Shown one piece after another: positions 55,312-64,000 of a stretch of 64,000 nt of DNA. Position 1 is the stretch's first letter. Each line of letters starts with the position of its first letter. The stretch lies in contig FR899775.1 in assembly GCA_000437355.1 (NCBI GenBank), forward strand, positions 32,523 through 96,522, written 5' to 3'. The DNA comes from Firmicutes bacterium CAG:460 (GTDB lineage Bacteria > Bacillota_I > Bacilli_A > RF39 > UBA660). A program made the position numbers and the translations under genes. The notes beneath the pieces were generated by a model. The model did not search any database and was not told the DNA's origin. It worked only from the letters and a program-made list of their open reading frames with translations.

Positions 55312-56482
55312 TATTACCACCTGCTAAAAGTCCTGTTATAAAAGCAATTGTTAAATTATATCCTCCACAATCACCATCTAAATCTAAAACCTCACCAATA
55401 AAATATAGATTATTTACGAACTTAGAACTCATATCATTTAAATTGATTTCATTTAAACATACTCCTCCACAAGTAACTTGAGCATCTAAATAACCTTTCG
55501 TATCTTTAATATCTACTTTAAAATCTGTTAAGACATCCACTATTTTATTTTTATCAAAATCCCTTAACTCATTCCAAGTTTTATTAGTATCAATACCTAA
55601 ATATTTATATAAAATATTAGTTAACTTATAATCCATAAAGCCATCACATATAACAGATACTTTTTTATCTTTAAAATTATCTAAAAAACTTCTTAAATCA
55701 TTCGTCCATGGTGTAAAATTAATTCTTATTTCTTCTTTACAATTATGATTTAAACCTAATTTTATATTTCTACTTAAATTAAATATACAAATACCACTTA
55801 AACCTTCACTATTTAGTTGAAGTTCTCCATGTTCACTTTTAATAAATTTATCATTTTCATATAAAGAAACTATAGCTTCACACCTTATTCCTTTCCATTC
55901 TTTTTCTAGTGAATTTTTTGTATAAAGTGGCACTAAAGAAGGAAATAAATCAGTTATATTGTGACCAAAATTCTTAGCAATATCATAACCAATTCCAACA
56001 CTTCCAGTTTTTGGGTAACTACATCCCCCTGTAGCAACAATTAATTTATCAAATTTTTCACCATTAACAATAAACTTATCATTAATTTTTTCAACATTTA
56101 AAATAGTAGAACAAAATCTAAAGTTAACTTTACTTTCTAAACAAGCATTTTTTAAAGCTGATAAAACACTTGATGACTTTTCACTAAAAGGATAAAGATA
56201 ACCATTTTTATTTTTAATAACTAAACCAATTTCTTTAAACAATTCATTAACTTTATTTAAATTACTATAATTAATTATATATTTAATAAGTTCATCATTA
56301 CTTGAATGATATTTACTTAAACTATTATCAACATTTCCTAAGTTACATCTACCACTTCCAGTTAATAATAATTTCTTACCTACATCACTATTTTTTTCAA
56401 ATACATAAACTAAATTGTTTTTGGCTAAATTTAAAGCAGCTACCATGCCTGAAGCTCCAGCTCCAATAATTGCTATTTTCAT
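55304..56482 (-). CDS. HI0933/YhiN-like flavoprotein (aminoacetone-oxidase family)
   Basis: MKIAIIGAGASGMVAAL..., GSGRCN and the C-terminal GEVLDLDGDCGGYNL. Confidence 0.8.
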   Translation of the reverse strand: MKIAIIGAGASGMVAALNLAKNNLVYVFEKNSDVGKKLLLTGSGRCNLGNVDNSLSKYHSSNDELIKYIINYSNLNKVNELFKEIGLVIKNKNGYLYPFSEKSSSVLSALKNACLESKVNFRFCSTILNVEKINDKFIVNGEKFDKLIVATGGCSYPKTGSVGIGYDIAKNFGHNITDLFPSLVPLYTKNSLEKEWKGIRCEAIVSLYENDKFIKSEHGELQLNSEGLSGICIFNLSRNIKLGLNHNCKEEIRINFTPWTNDLRSFLDNFKDKKVSVICDGFMDYKLTNILYKYLGIDTNKTWNELRDFDKNKIVDVLTDFKVDIKDTKGYLDAQVTCGGVCLNEINLNDMSSKFVNNLYFIGEVLDLDGDCGGYNLTIAFITGLLAGGNND

Positions 56483-59400
56483 CTAAACACCAACCTTTTT
56501 CACAACATTATCAAGTATTGAATATAAATATAATTCAATATTTTTATCACTAATACTTTTAACATAATCATAATAAACACTTAGTTGTTTAATATAATTT
56601 TCATCATCAATGTTTTTTAATTTATAATCTATTATACATATTTTATCACTATATTCAAGCATTAAATCTATAATACCATGATATTTTATATCATCTTTTA
56701 CAAAAACAAATTCTAATTCTTGATAAATAGTTGCATCCTTAAAATTAAATGTATTAAGTAAATTATTTATATATTTATTATTAGTTTTAACATTTTTAAA
56801 ATCAGTTAACTCAAGTATTTCATGCATATCTGTCCCAAATTCTAATGTTTTTGCTTCTTCTTTACTTATAATATTTTTAATTATTTTAGATGCGTGCTTA
56901 GTCTCTATTTCTTCATAATCTATATTACAATCAATAAATTCCATTAATTCAGCATTACTATCTAAAGTATTATTTCTTATTACTTTACTAAACTCATATT
57001 CTTTAGTTAAACCTAAATTATTTATATTTACTTCTTTTTCGTATCTTGCAACATTACCAGATAAAGCCACTAAAAAATCATAAAAAGATTTAAACTTTAT
57101 TCCATCTATAAACTCTATTTCATTAACAGGATTATTTCTTTCTTCATATTTTGGCATTACCATAATAATCTTTTCTTTAGCTCTAGTTAAAGCTACATAA
57201 AATAACCTTATTTTTTCAGCAACTTCTTCTTTTAAATATTCATTTTTAACTAATGTTTTTACAAAAGCTTCACCAATACCATCTTTATAAAAAGGTGTTA
57301 CAATTCCATATTTATTATCAAACATAAACTTATTTTTTAAATCCCTAATATTAAATGTTTTTGGAAAACCTGCAAAATAACATATTGGGAACTCTAACCC
57401 TTTAGATTTATGAATATTCATTATTTTAACAGAATTACTGCTACTTTTATTTTCTTTATATTTTATTTCACTTTTACTTTCTATTAGTTCATCTAAATAA
57501 TCACTAAAATCATTAATTGTAAAACCTAATTGTTCTTCATTTAAAGATAAATCTAATAAATAATTTATTCTTTTTATTCTAGCATTTATATCCCCAACTA
57601 AAATAAACTTTTCATAAAAATTAAACTCTTTTATAATTCTTTTAAGTAACATATTTATTGTTAAACTATCTAAATCCCTACTAATATTTTGACATATTTG
57701 ATAAACATCTGTTTTAAACATTTTATTCTCTTCAAAACATTTAAATATTTCATTATCATTTAAATTGCCAACATAACTTCTAGCAACACTAGTAAAATAA
57801 TACTTTAACTTCTTATCAAAAACACCATTTTTTATAGCAATAATAAGATTAATAATATTTTTAATTATATAAATATCATCGGCATCCATCAAGTTACTAT
57901 CTTTATAAATTTGCATTGGTATATTAAAATATTCAAATACTTTCTTAAACAAATTCATCTTACTACCACGATCTAATATTATACAAAAATCATTATAAGT
58001 AATATCTCTATTTTTTTCTAAATCAAAATCATATACTTGATACTTACTTTCTACCTTTTTCTTAATATCATCTGCAATTATAAACATTTCTATTTCATCA
58101 TTACTAAATTTCTTATCTTCATTATGATATTCTAAAATATCCATATAATTGTTATTAGAATTACTTCCCTTTTTGATATATGCTAAATTACCATAAATCA
58201 TGGCATGGCTTTCTTTATAATTAATTCCCCCGATATCTTTAGTCATAAGGGGAGCAAAGACTTCATTTATATTAAATAATACTTCTTCTCTAGACCTAAA
58301 ATTCTTAAGTAAATCTATTTTCTTACCACCATCATTATTAGTATATTTATCATATTTTTCTTTAAATATCATCGGATTAGCATTTCTAAATCTATAAATA
58401 GATTGTTTGATATCTCCAACCATATAAACATTATCATTTTCTAAAAAACTAATGAATGTCTCTTGTAAATCATTGGTATCTTGATATTCATCTATCATTA
58501 TTTCATTAAATTTATTTTTAAGTTCTAATCTAATATCTTCATGTTCTGCTACTATTTTAATAGCTAGTTTAGCAATATCACTAAACTCAAAAGCATTATG
58601 TTCATATTTATACTTATTTACTTTTTCATCTAACATCTTTATTATTTCAATAATTACTTCTACATATTTTTTAGTATCTAAATAATAACTTTTTAATTCA
58701 TCTTCACTATAATAAATTAATTCTTTTAAATCACTAAACGTATCTTTTATTTCTTCTTTTATCTTTATTCCATCACTATCTAACTTCATAAATTTAGGCA
58801 ACGTTACATCCTTATATCTATATAAATCATCATATTTATTCGGTCTAAATAATTTACTTAAAGTATCATACACTTTTTCATAACTTGCATCATCCATAAA
58901 ATTTTCAATACTTAAAACTAAATCTTCTAATTTTAAAGATAATTCCTTTACATACATAAAATACTCATCAAATATTTTATTTACATATGTATCACTATAA
59001 AAAATATTTATATAACTATCTAAATATTTATCTTTATCATATTTTAAATCTAAACACTCATTAATATTTAATATCGCCTCAACAATAGTATCATCATCTA
59101 ATCTTGTAAAATTATTAATCATTTCTAAAAAATTACTATTTTTTTCTTCATACAAACTTAAAAATATTTCTTCTAAAAACTTCTTTTTCTTTAACCCAAT
59201 AATTGATGCATCTATTATAGAAATATCTTTACTCATATTTAATATATAATGATATTTTTTAACTAAATTTAAAGCAAAGGCATCAAAAGTCATAATATAT
59301 GCTTGGTCTAAAAACGCAAGTTGTTCATCTAACCCAGCTTTTTTCATTTTCTTTCTAATTCTTGTAGACATTTCTCCTGCAGCTTCATTTGTAAATGTTA

Positions 59401-59563
59401 AAATTAAAATATCTCGAATATCTACTCCATCTTTTAATTTTCTTATAACTCGCTCTGATAATACTGCAGTTTTACCAGAACCAGCTCCAGCAGACACAAT
59501 AATATTTGAACCTTCCAAATCTACCGCAAGTTGTTGTTCTTTAGTTAAGTTCATCTTCTTCAC
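56483..59563 (-). CDS. addA: ATP-dependent helicase/nuclease subunit A (UvrD/Rep family plus C-terminal nuclease)
   Basis: LTKEQQLAV...VSAGAGSGKT, IMIDEYQDTN, and the C-terminal GIIDLM...IIDYKLK nuclease motif. Confidence 0.85.
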   Translation of the reverse strand: MKKMNLTKEQQLAVDLEGSNIIVSAGAGSGKTAVLSERVIRKLKDGVDIRDILILTFTNEAAGEMSTRIRKKMKKAGLDEQLAFLDQAYIMTFDAFALNLVKKYHYILNMSKDISIIDASIIGLKKKKFLEEIFLSLYEEKNSNFLEMINNFTRLDDDTIVEAILNINECLDLKYDKDKYLDSYINIFYSDTYVNKIFDEYFMYVKELSLKLEDLVLSIENFMDDASYEKVYDTLSKLFRPNKYDDLYRYKDVTLPKFMKLDSDGIKIKEEIKDTFSDLKELIYYSEDELKSYYLDTKKYVEVIIEIIKMLDEKVNKYKYEHNAFEFSDIAKLAIKIVAEHEDIRLELKNKFNEIMIDEYQDTNDLQETFISFLENDNVYMVGDIKQSIYRFRNANPMIFKEKYDKYTNNDGGKKIDLLKNFRSREEVLFNINEVFAPLMTKDIGGINYKESHAMIYGNLAYIKKGSNSNNNYMDILEYHNEDKKFSNDEIEMFIIADDIKKKVESKYQVYDFDLEKNRDITYNDFCIILDRGSKMNLFKKVFEYFNIPMQIYKDSNLMDADDIYIIKNIINLIIAIKNGVFDKKLKYYFTSVARSYVGNLNDNEIFKCFEENKMFKTDVYQICQNISRDLDSLTINMLLKRIIKEFNFYEKFILVGDINARIKRINYLLDLSLNEEQLGFTINDFSDYLDELIESKSEIKYKENKSSSNSVKIMNIHKSKGLEFPICYFAGFPKTFNIRDLKNKFMFDNKYGIVTPFYKDGIGEAFVKTLVKNEYLKEEVAEKIRLFYVALTRAKEKIIMVMPKYEERNNPVNEIEFIDGIKFKSFYDFLVALSGNVARYEKEVNINNLGLTKEYEFSKVIRNNTLDSNAELMEFIDCNIDYEEIETKHASKIIKNIISKEEAKTLEFGTDMHEILELTDFKNVKTNNKYINNLLNTFNFKDATIYQELEFVFVKDDIKYHGIIDLMLEYSDKICIIDYKLKNIDDENYIKQLSVYYDYVKSISDKNIELYLYSILDNVVKKVGV

Positions 59564-61853
59564 CTCCTAACACTAATTCTTGTTCCTTAGTTACATAACA
59601 AATGTCTTTAAATTTACAATACTCACAGGCAATATTTTTACCCTTTATAACCTTTGGATTTATCTCATAATCACCATTAACAATACTTTTTATAACCTTA
59701 TCAATTATTTCATCAACTACAATAATTAATTTATCCATCTCTTCATCACTTAACACTTTACTTGTGCTATAAAAAGAACCATCATTTTTAAATCTTAATC
59801 CTTTAATCATCTTACTATCTAAATAATTATCATCAAGTAAAGATATAATTGTCTTATTACTATTAGTATATCCTTGTAATCTTAAATTTTCTTTCTTTAA
59901 TGTTTCTAATGATTTATTCTTATCAATATTTAAACAATTATTAAGTACTTTTTCTATATAAAAACCTGCTATAACAGAGTTTTTAAATCTACTAGATTTT
60001 TTTAACAAATATAAATAAATTGGTAATTGAATATTTATTCCATATTCTAAAGTATCTAGTTTTATATTCTTATCTCCAGTTTTATAATCTATAACAGCTA
60101 TAACTTCTTTATCATTATATTTAGTCATCATAACTTTATCAATAACACCTTTAAAAGTTATATCTATACCATCATAACTTTTATCAATACTAATTTCTTC
60201 TTCAAATAAATATTCATTTAACTTAGAATGTTTCTTTTGTTCTTCTAAATAATCTAATAAGAATTCTATTTCTTTAGTTATTTTATGTAAATAAAATAAC
60301 TCTTTTGGTCCAAAACTAAAATCTAAATCTTTTATAAAATTACTTATTTCTAAATCTATATCTAATTTTTTATCTAACCCTATTTCTAAAATATGATGCA
60401 CTATTTTACCAACAACTATTTTAAAAGTATTTTCAAATATATTTAACTTCATAATACTATTTAAAAAATATTTAAAACTACATTCATTATACATCTCAAG
60501 TGATGTATATGATAATGTAATCCCACTTTCTAAACTATCTTTAAGTAGGGCTTTATCTACTTTAAAATATGTATTATTATATTCTTTATATGGAATATTT
60601 AAATTCTTTTGATACATTTTTAAATACTTACCCTCATCATTATATTTATATAAATTATCTAAATCTTTAGCATAACTTAAATTACTTAAACTTTTTGAAT
60701 ATGATATTCTTCTATCTATTTCTATTTTTTTTACATCAACTTTTAACTCTTCAATTATATTAGATGGATACTTAACTTTTTCACCATCAAACAAGTTATA
60801 TGTAATTACTAAATTAGGAATATTTCTAATAAATTCTAAGTTTTTCTTTATTTCTAATTTATTTTTTTCAACTGATGTATCTAAACCTAACTCATCTAAT
60901 ATTTTATCACTAAGAAAGTTATCATCATTATAAACTTTTGGAAAAATCCCTCTATTACAACCAATTAAATAAACGTAATCATCACTACTATAATAATCAT
61001 CTAAGCTACCTATTTCTATAGCATTTTTATATAAAACACCTTTTACTTTACTTGCTTTTAAATCATTAATAATAAATTCTTTTCTTGCAAATTTATTATC
61101 TACTAAAACAGATTTATTTACAATTGTAATTAAATCATTTATATTTTCTTCATCACTTAATTTATCAATAATTTCATCTGTTTCATAGTTATCATATAAT
61201 TCTAAAAACTTTGAAGCAATCTTTGTACCATAAAAAGTATTATCACTTGCTATATTAATTGGTAGACCAAATAAATCGCAAAAATAATCTAAATATTTAT
61301 TATATTCCTTACTTGCAATTATCTTTATATTATTAATATCAATATTTTTACATAACAATTCTTTAATACTTCTAACAACATATTCTACCTCTTCTTCAAT
61401 ATTTTCTGCTTCATAAATAGAAGGTTCATAATTATTATTTAAATTATTTTCTATTCTTATATTTAAACCTTCTAATATTCTTTTTTCTTCCTTACTTAAT
61501 TTACTTTTATTATAAACAGTTATATCTTTATTTTCCAAATACTTTCTAAATTCTTTATTATATATAAGTAAGTTATTTTCATCTAAATCTTTTTTTAAAG
61601 CATTTAAAAACTTTACTTTATTATCCTCTAAATCTTTTAAAAAATATAAATTTTCTAAATATATTTTAGCAATATTTATATTAACATTATATTTATTCAT
61701 TACATATTCAATTGTTTTATTATTATAATCAAAAATAAGTTTCTTCTTTAGTTTCCTAAAACTATAAAACTTATTATTATTAAATCTCTTTTCTTTAGAT
61801 AAAACATCTAATAATCTCATTTTATTTGCTTCATTTGTTATATAAATATTCAT
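59541..61853 (-). CDS. addB: Helicase/nuclease subunit B (AddB/RexB type), short form
   Basis: C-terminal PD-(D/E)xK motif (VIDYKTG) and Fe-S cysteines (C in YNECSFKYF, then CEYCKFKDIC). The N-terminus has no Walker A. It is 770 aa long and overlaps the addA start. Confidence 0.7.
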   Translation of the reverse strand: MNIYITNEANKMRLLDVLSKEKRFNNNKFYSFRKLKKKLIFDYNNKTIEYVMNKYNVNINIAKIYLENLYFLKDLEDNKVKFLNALKKDLDENNLLIYNKEFRKYLENKDITVYNKSKLSKEEKRILEGLNIRIENNLNNNYEPSIYEAENIEEEVEYVVRSIKELLCKNIDINNIKIIASKEYNKYLDYFCDLFGLPINIASDNTFYGTKIASKFLELYDNYETDEIIDKLSDEENINDLITIVNKSVLVDNKFARKEFIINDLKASKVKGVLYKNAIEIGSLDDYYSSDDYVYLIGCNRGIFPKVYNDDNFLSDKILDELGLDTSVEKNKLEIKKNLEFIRNIPNLVITYNLFDGEKVKYPSNIIEELKVDVKKIEIDRRISYSKSLSNLSYAKDLDNLYKYNDEGKYLKMYQKNLNIPYKEYNNTYFKVDKALLKDSLESGITLSYTSLEMYNECSFKYFLNSIMKLNIFENTFKIVVGKIVHHILEIGLDKKLDIDLEISNFIKDLDFSFGPKELFYLHKITKEIEFLLDYLEEQKKHSKLNEYLFEEEISIDKSYDGIDITFKGVIDKVMMTKYNDKEVIAVIDYKTGDKNIKLDTLEYGINIQLPIYLYLLKKSSRFKNSVIAGFYIEKVLNNCLNIDKNKSLETLKKENLRLQGYTNSNKTIISLLDDNYLDSKMIKGLRFKNDGSFYSTSKVLSDEEMDKLIIVVDEIIDKVIKSIVNGDYEINPKVIKGKNIACEYCKFKDICYVTKEQELVLGGEEDELN

Positions 61854-61997
61854 AACTACCTCGCTATAAATAATTATACACTAAAAACAAAAATAAAACT
61901 AGAGTGTGCTCTCTAGTTTTTTTTAAGTTCCTCTTATGGTGGGAATCACCGCTTTTTCAAAATATATTCTAACACAAATACTTTATATTTTCTACAT

Positions 61998-62384
61998 TTA
62001 ATTAATAATTATACCATTTTCATCAAATTTATAATGAGGTATTTCAAACTCTTCAGTAGTTTTAGTATCTTCACCAAATAAATCTTCAATATTATCTAAA
62101 TCAATTAATTTGTCTTCTAATGTATCTTTACTATCAAAATTATTAACTAATGTATTATAACTATCACTTTCATAACCTTTAAAAATTACATTATCAATAT
62201 CACTATGATTAAATGAACAAATACCATTCTTAACCATTAATCCTTCTGGATAAAGACATCCTGAATAATCATATATCATTACATTTTCTTCGTATTCAAC
62301 AGAATAATATCCCGTTACCATTATTAAAACATCTTTATTTTTTAATTTAACTATACTACCAATTGGTAAATATTTTTTATTCAT
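61998..62384 (-). CDS. DUF4176-like protein
   Basis: MNKKYLPIGSIVKLK...VMIYDYSGCLYPEG resembles the DUF4176 N-terminus. ATG 62384 lies 8 nt after AAGGGA. Confidence 0.55.
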   Translation of the reverse strand: MNKKYLPIGSIVKLKNKDVLIMVTGYYSVEYEENVMIYDYSGCLYPEGLMVKNGICSFNHSDIDNVIFKGYESDSYNTLVNNFDSKDTLEDKLIDLDNIEDLFGEDTKTTEEFEIPHYKFDENGIIIN

Positions 62385-62399
62385 TTTTATCATCCCTTT

Positions 62400-62855
62400 T
62401 TATTTTAATATAATATGTTCTATATTTTTATTGCTAATAATTCCTTTTACAGCTCCTGGTTCTACATTTAGTAAAATAAATGCATCTTCCTTAACCCAAT
62501 TCATAGTTATATTATCATTTTCTAAGTTTTTAAAGTCTCCATTATATAAAGATTTATCTAGAACTGTTAAATACACAAATAAGTATTCATGTATTTTTTC
62601 ATTCTTATAAGTAAAGAAATTTTCTATACATCTTACAATTCTTAAATCATTTTCACATAAATCATAATTTAATTCTTCTTTTAACTCACGCATTAAAGCT
62701 GTCTTACTATCTTCTCCCATTTTAACATGACCACCCGGCAAACTATAGTAATCTTTATCTTTATGTTCACAAAGTAATATTTCATCACCACATCTAATAA
62801 ATGCACAAGTTCTAACGTTTAATTTATAATCATCTAGTTTTATATTTATATCCAT
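62400..62855 (-). CDS. NUDIX hydrolase
   Basis: Nudix box LPGGHVKMGEDSKTALMRELKEELN. Confidence 0.85.
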   Translation of the reverse strand: MDINIKLDDYKLNVRTCAFIRCGDEILLCEHKDKDYYSLPGGHVKMGEDSKTALMRELKEELNYDLCENDLRIVRCIENFFTYKNEKIHEYLFVYLTVLDKSLYNGDFKNLENDNITMNWVKEDAFILLNVEPGAVKGIISNKNIEHIILK

Positions 62856-62893
62856 AATTAACCTACCTTCAAAAAAATTATATCACAAATTTA

Positions 62894-63553
62894 TTAAATA
62901 TGAAATCTTTTTTCTACTTCATCTTTAATTATTTTATTATTAAAGACAAATAAATATATAAGCATTACAATACTAAATATTGAACAAATATAACTTGGAA
63001 AATAAACATGTAACTTATCAAGTAAAATTAAAAGTCCTGGTATAAGCCCAATAAGTGATGAAACACTAGCATAAAAGACAAATTCACTCTCTAATCTTTT
63101 AATAAATAATTTTATAATAAATATTAAAGTTAAATATAAAACTATAATAAATGGTAATAAATAATTAATACTCCATAACTTAAAACCAGTTGAATAATCC
63201 CAGATTAATGATAAAATAATTAAAATAATCATTTCTAAAAATAACATTTTTATTAAATTCTTTCTGCTTTTTAGGGAAATAATTAAAGTAATCCAAAAAG
63301 TAATAATACCTAAAACTACAAAATAAGACCAACTAAGAATATGTGCTATAGAATAATTAATATATAAAGAAACAAATATTCCACATAAAGATAAGAATAA
63401 TAATATTTTCTTCATTAAATGATATTTTTTATCTAAATAATTTATATGAGGAAATACATTTTCTCCTTTACTACTATTAATATTACATCCACACAAAGGA
63501 CATTTACTTGTTTTAGTATTTATAAAAACATTACACTTATTACATTTATTCAT
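62894..63553 (-). CDS. Membrane protein with an N-terminal zinc ribbon
   Basis: CNKCNVF...CPLCGC followed by about 5 TM helices. The start was taken at MNKCNKC. Confidence 0.55.
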   Translation of the reverse strand: MNKCNKCNVFINTKTSKCPLCGCNINSSKGENVFPHINYLDKKYHLMKKILLFLSLCGIFVSLYINYSIAHILSWSYFVVLGIITFWITLIISLKSRKNLIKMLFLEMIILIILSLIWDYSTGFKLWSINYLLPFIIVLYLTLIFIIKLFIKRLESEFVFYASVSSLIGLIPGLLILLDKLHVYFPSYICSIFSIVMLIYLFVFNNKIIKDEVEKRFHI

Positions 63554-64000
63554 CACAATCACCATAATCATTAGTATTTATTATTACATCAGTTCCATCT
63601 TTACTTAAAAACTTAAAGAAATTCTTTTCTATTTCACTATTTACAAATTTAGATGAAAAACTAATAACCATTTTATCTTTATAAGAACACATACACATTT
63701 GTATTTTTGATGTACTTGTAAATACACTAAAATAATCTATATATTTTTTATAAACCTCTGGCATATTAATAATACCTATATTAGATAAAGTCATAGTTTG
63801 ATATTTATTTTCTATATTACATGCTATTTTTAAAACAAAATCTTTTATAAAAACTGGTATTAATCTAACTATAAATATATCTTCTAGTTTTATCATACTA
63901 TTCATCTTATCTTTTATATTTTCTTTATCTAATTTTTCTTTAAATTTATTTTTAACACTCTTTGCTATATCCCTAAACGTATCATTATTATATAAGTAAT
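63546..64000 (-). CDS. Hypothetical protein, 5' partial (open to the window edge)
   Basis: The reading frame of ORF 63546..63905 has no stop codon upstream through position 64000, so the gene continues beyond the window. The function is not recognised. Confidence 0.5.
   Translation of the reverse strand, partial: YLYNNDTFRDIAKSVKNKFKEKLDKENIKDKMNSMIKLEDIFIVRLIPVFIKDFVLKIACNIENKYQTMTLSNIGIINMPEVYKKYIDYFSVFTSTSKIQMCMCSYKDKMVISFSSKFVNSEIEKNFFKFLSKDGTDVIINTNDYGDCDE

Overview
This is a very AT-rich chromosomal segment (by eye about a quarter G+C, not computed) from a low-GC Bacillota-type bacterium. The standard genetic code appears to apply: UGA ends tcdA and the ORFs are long without recoding. 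A sortase-like gene, a MOP flippase, a T-box leader, gatCAB and addAB point to a walled Firmicute. An Erysipelotrichales/RF39-like origin is only a guess.

Most of the window is housekeeping. I recognise tldD/pmbA-like genes, dnaJ, zupT, xerD-like, rarA, gpsA, tcdA, gatCAB, asnS, T-box-aspS, dtd, relA, mutS, proS, nusB, xseA, xseB and addAB, plus an ABC exporter and two flavoproteins. I found no rRNA, tRNA or CRISPR array by eye.

The parts that deserve a second look are:
1. A strongly promoted five-gene block of unknown function at 26.4-34.4 kb. It contains a J-domain protein, two J-less paralogs, a 479-aa protein and a divergently transcribed 964-aa protein. It lies between relA-dtd and the T-box-aspS unit, and a chimeric gene there carries a copy of the first 10 codons of aspS.
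2. The nusB-xseA-xseB-proS operon, interrupted by two paralogous HipA/PI3-4-kinase-like genes, a 5'-truncated dinD-like gene and a GNAT gene.
3. An IS200/IS605-type tnpB-only element disrupted by four tandem partial duplications, plus an extra solo right end fused to a truncated Mn-catalase gene. This could be real decay or an assembly chimera.
4. A candidate 6S RNA with a near-consensus promoter upstream of tcdA.
5. A monocistronic HerA-like ATPase with no partner gene.
6. A degenerate HisRS-like gene translationally coupled to asnS.
7. Two unannotated small basic ORFs that each have an RBS and a terminator (the second also a promoter).

All functional calls rest on motif recognition by eye. 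No database search was run.
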